Below the pieces are notes generated by a model. The model was not told the DNA's origin, did not search any database, and worked only from the letters and a program-made list of their open reading frames with translations. Positions 24,117-26,652 of a DNA stretch of 26,652 bases are shown in pieces; position 1 is the first letter of the stretch, and each line of letters begins with the position of its first letter. Position numbers and translations under genes: made by a program. The stretch comes from a virus (Duplodnaviria > Caudoviricetes): IMG/VR virus record IMGVR_UViG_3300022183_000055, positions 1 through 26,652 of that record. One strand, 5' to 3'.

Positions 24117-25874
24117 ATGGCAGGTATAAAAGATTACTCAACAACCCAAGCAAATAACACTTCACTAAATGGTATTTCTACGGCAGAAGGAATGCTACCT
24201 TCTAATCTAAACAATGCAATCAGAGCATTGATGAAGAACACTAGAGATTTTTACAATGATGCACAATGGGTAGAATATGGTGATGGTTCAGGTTCTTACA
24301 CAGCAGCTTATGTAAGTGGAACTTCTTTTACAATTAATGGTGCTGATGTAACTTCAGAATATCATGCAGGTAGAAGAATAAAAATTTATTTAGCAACTAC
24401 AGCTGCATTTAGATATGGAGTAATTGCTAGTTCATCTTTTTCTACAAACACAACTGTCAATGTAACTTTTGATAGTGGATCATTAGCAAATGAAACTTTA
24501 TCAGTTTATCTTGCAATACTTACAAAAACGAATGACTCTATACCTACAGGAATTTCTGCAACTAAAATTGCAGATGGAACAATTTCAGATACAGAATTTC
24601 AATATTTAAATGGTGTATCAAGTGCTATCCAAACTCAATTAGATGCTAAACAAGCAACTATAACAGGATCAGCTACAACAATTGATACAGAATCTTTAAC
24701 TGCAAACAGAGCTGTTATTTCTAATGGCTCACAAAAGATTGCAGTATCAGATGTAACCGATACTGAATTAGGTTATTTAGATGGGGTTACAAGTGCAGTA
24801 CAAACTCAAATAGATTCAAAACAAGCTACCATAACTGGTGGTGCATCAACTATAGCATCGTCTGACTTAACCGCTTCAAGAGCATTACAATCAAATGGTT
24901 CAGGTAAAGTAGAAGTTAGTGATGTTACAACAACTGAACTAGGATATTTAGATGGAGTATCATCTGCAATTCAAACTCAGTTAGATGCAAAACAAACAAG
25001 CGATGCTCAATTAACTGACATTGCTGGACTAACACCAACTGATAGTAATTTTATTGTTGGGGATGGATCAAATTTTGTAACAGAGAGTGGTGCTACTGCT
25101 AGAACTTCTTTAGGATTAGGTTCAATTGCAACACAAGCTGCAAACAATGTTTCAATATCTGGTGGAGCTGTAACAGGACTTGGTTCTCCATCTGCTAGTT
25201 CAGATGCTGCTACTAAAAATTATGTAGATCAAGCTGTTGCTGGACTAAGAACTAGAACGATAGCCGAATGTGCTTCTACAGCAAATGTAAATTTATCAAA
25301 TGGTTTAGAAGCTGGTGATAGTATTGATGGTGTTACCCTTGTTGCTGGTGACAGAGTTTTATTAAAAGATCAAACAGATGCTACTGAAAATGGATTATAC
25401 TTAGCAGTATCAAGTGGTGCTGCATCAAGAGATCCAGAGCATGATAGTATTGCAGAATTATCTGGTGGAATGGTTGTAGTTAATCAAGGTTCAACAAATG
25501 ATAATAAAATATTTTTATGTACTACTGATAATACTGGATCAGTAGGTTCAACTAATATTACTTATACTGTTATTACTCCATCTAATGTTGGAACAGTAAC
25601 TTCAGTAGCAGTAGCAGATTCAGGTTCTTCAGAATTTACAGTAGCAAACTCACCAATTACTTCATCAGGTACAATTACACTAGCAGTCAATTCTATTGCT
25701 AATACTAAAATTACAGGATTAGGAACAGCTTCCACAAAAACTGTTGGAACTTCTGCAAACAATGTGGTACAACTTGATGGTTCTGCGAAATTACCTGCTG
25801 TAGATGGTAGTCAATTAACAAACATAGATGCAGCTTCAGCTGGATTTGCAGTTGCTATGGCAATTGCACTTTAA
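24117..25874 (+). CDS. Tail fibre protein
   Basis: S/T/A/G-rich with TELGYLDGV repeats, DAATKNYVD and RVLLKDQT..ENGLY modules; ends GFAVAMAIAL. Confidence 0.85.
   Translation: MAGIKDYSTTQANNTSLNGISTAEGMLPSNLNNAIRALMKNTRDFYNDAQWVEYGDGSGSYTAAYVSGTSFTINGADVTSEYHAGRRIKIYLATTAAFRYGVIASSSFSTNTTVNVTFDSGSLANETLSVYLAILTKTNDSIPTGISATKIADGTISDTEFQYLNGVSSAIQTQLDAKQATITGSATTIDTESLTANRAVISNGSQKIAVSDVTDTELGYLDGVTSAVQTQIDSKQATITGGASTIASSDLTASRALQSNGSGKVEVSDVTTTELGYLDGVSSAIQTQLDAKQTSDAQLTDIAGLTPTDSNFIVGDGSNFVTESGATARTSLGLGSIATQAANNVSISGGAVTGLGSPSASSDAATKNYVDQAVAGLRTRTIAECASTANVNLSNGLEAGDSIDGVTLVAGDRVLLKDQTDATENGLYLAVSSGAASRDPEHDSIAELSGGMVVVNQGSTNDNKIFLCTTDNTGSVGSTNITYTVITPSNVGTVTSVAVADSGSSEFTVANSPITSSGTITLAVNSIANTKITGLGTASTKTVGTSANNVVQLDGSAKLPAVDGSQLTNIDAASAGFAVAMAIAL
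24582..25000 (+). repeat. Intragenic repeat with 171-nt (57-aa) period, about 2.5 copies
   Basis: (N/D)GV(S/T)SA(I/V)QTQ starts at 24609, 24780 and 24951. Confidence 0.85.
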
Positions 25875-25893
25875 TTAATAAAAGGAAAAAATA

Positions 25894-26223
25894 ATGGCAC
25901 AAGATTTTGAAAGAGTTTTAAAAACTAGCATAGGCACATCTGCTACAGAAGTTAGAGCAGCAGCTAATAGTGATGACGCAATTATTGGTATGAGATTTGC
26001 TAATAAATCAGGTTCAGCTGTAACTGTAGATGCTACTGTTAAAAACTCAAGTACAAGCTATTATTTGATAAAAGATGCACCAATACCAGCTGGAGGTTCT
26101 TTAGAACTTATAGATGGTGGTTCAAAAGTAGTTCTACAATCAGGAGATAGTGTTGAAGCATTATCAGATACAGCAAGTGCTGTGGACTGCATTTTATCAG
26201 TAGTAGATTCAATTAGTACATAA
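25894..26223 (+). CDS. Small tail/virion structural protein
   Basis: IP.GGSLELIDGGSKVVLQSGD motif; follows the tail fibre. Confidence 0.75.
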   Translation: MAQDFERVLKTSIGTSATEVRAAANSDDAIIGMRFANKSGSAVTVDATVKNSSTSYYLIKDAPIPAGGSLELIDGGSKVVLQSGDSVEALSDTASAVDCILSVVDSIST

Positions 26224-26234
26224 GGATTATATAA

Positions 26235-26652
26235 ATGGCTTATATTGGTAATATACCAGCAGAAAGTTACGCAAGTTTTGAAACAGAAACATTTACAGTT
26301 TCTGCTACAGCTAACTATACTTTATCTCATGCAGTAACCAATGAGAATGAAATTAGATTAGTTATCAATGGAGTAGTTCAACAACCTGGATCTGGTAAAG
26401 CATACACAGCTAGTGGTACAACTCTGACACTATCAAGTGCAACAGTATCTGGAGATTCCATGTATGCAGTTTATCTTGGCAGAGCTTTACAAACTGTTAA
26501 TCCACCAAACGCATCTGTTGGAAACTCACAAACTGCACCTACAATAATTACTGGTCAAACTGCTGAAACTTCTATCGCAACAGATGACACAATATTAATC
26601 CATGACACATCAGCTAGTGCATTAAGAAAAATGACTAGAGCAAACTTTGTAT
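26235..26652 (+). CDS. Tail fibre / virion protein starting MAYIG (3' truncated by window)
   Basis: Manual translation MAYIGNIPAESYASF..INGVVQQPG..AYTASGTTLTL; the frame stays open to the window end. Confidence 0.85.
   Translation, partial: MAYIGNIPAESYASFETETFTVSATANYTLSHAVTNENEIRLVINGVVQQPGSGKAYTASGTTLTLSSATVSGDSMYAVYLGRALQTVNPPNASVGNSQTAPTIITGQTAETSIATDDTILIHDTSASALRKMTRANFV

Larger units (their letters stand above)
1..26652. mobile_element. Bacteriophage genome segment (podovirus-type, HTVC010P/uvMED-like)
   Basis: Contiguous terS-terL-portal-scaffold-capsid-adaptor-nozzle-fibre module, lysis genes and dense small overlapping ORFs; low GC; no host housekeeping genes; no integrase in the window. 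Confidence 0.93.

Noticed and set aside
24582-25000. Tail fibre repeats as a diversity-generating retroelement
   Set aside because: Differences are ordinary divergence rather than adenine-specific, and there is no reverse transcriptase in the window.
14428-25762. Minus-strand ORFs 14428-14703, 16452-16634, 17311-17502 and 25562-25762
   Set aside because: Antisense to terL, portal and tail fibre genes.
1-26652. Genome-wide TAG recoding
   Set aside because: Long genes are intact in the standard code, and TAG ends terS, the adaptor and the SSB-like gene at natural C-termini.

Overview
A 26.7 kb section of an AT-rich tailed (podovirus-type) phage genome. Gene order and content resemble marine HTVC010P-type pelagiphages and uvMED phages, so an alphaproteobacterial (probably SAR11-like) host is inferred. 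The window has four blocks. (1) 1-3792, + strand: end of the late operon, with a PD-(D/E)XK nuclease fragment, small membrane/exported proteins, a putative holin, an M15 endolysin and six tiny Lys/Arg-rich proteins. (2) 3825-12518, - strand: early/middle genes, including an XRE HTH, a LexA DNA-binding-domain-only protein, SSB-like and Rad52-like annealing proteins, a 2OG-Fe(II) oxygenase, an HNH endonuclease, and an exonuclease apparently split into two genes 2.7 kb apart. (3) 12519-14466: control region with divergent promoters, two alphaproteobacterial SOS boxes, a replication initiator with internal iterons, an NrdR-like box, a two-hairpin RNA with anti-Shine-Dalgarno loops, and terS. (4) 14467-26652, + strand: terL, portal, scaffold, major capsid, adaptor, nozzle and tail fibres. 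The best candidate for a new system is the two-hairpin RNA at the head of the late operon, whose loops are complementary to the ribosome-binding sites of the first early genes and the initiator. It sits among host LexA/NrdR-like sites. All family assignments come from motif recognition by eye; no database search was run.
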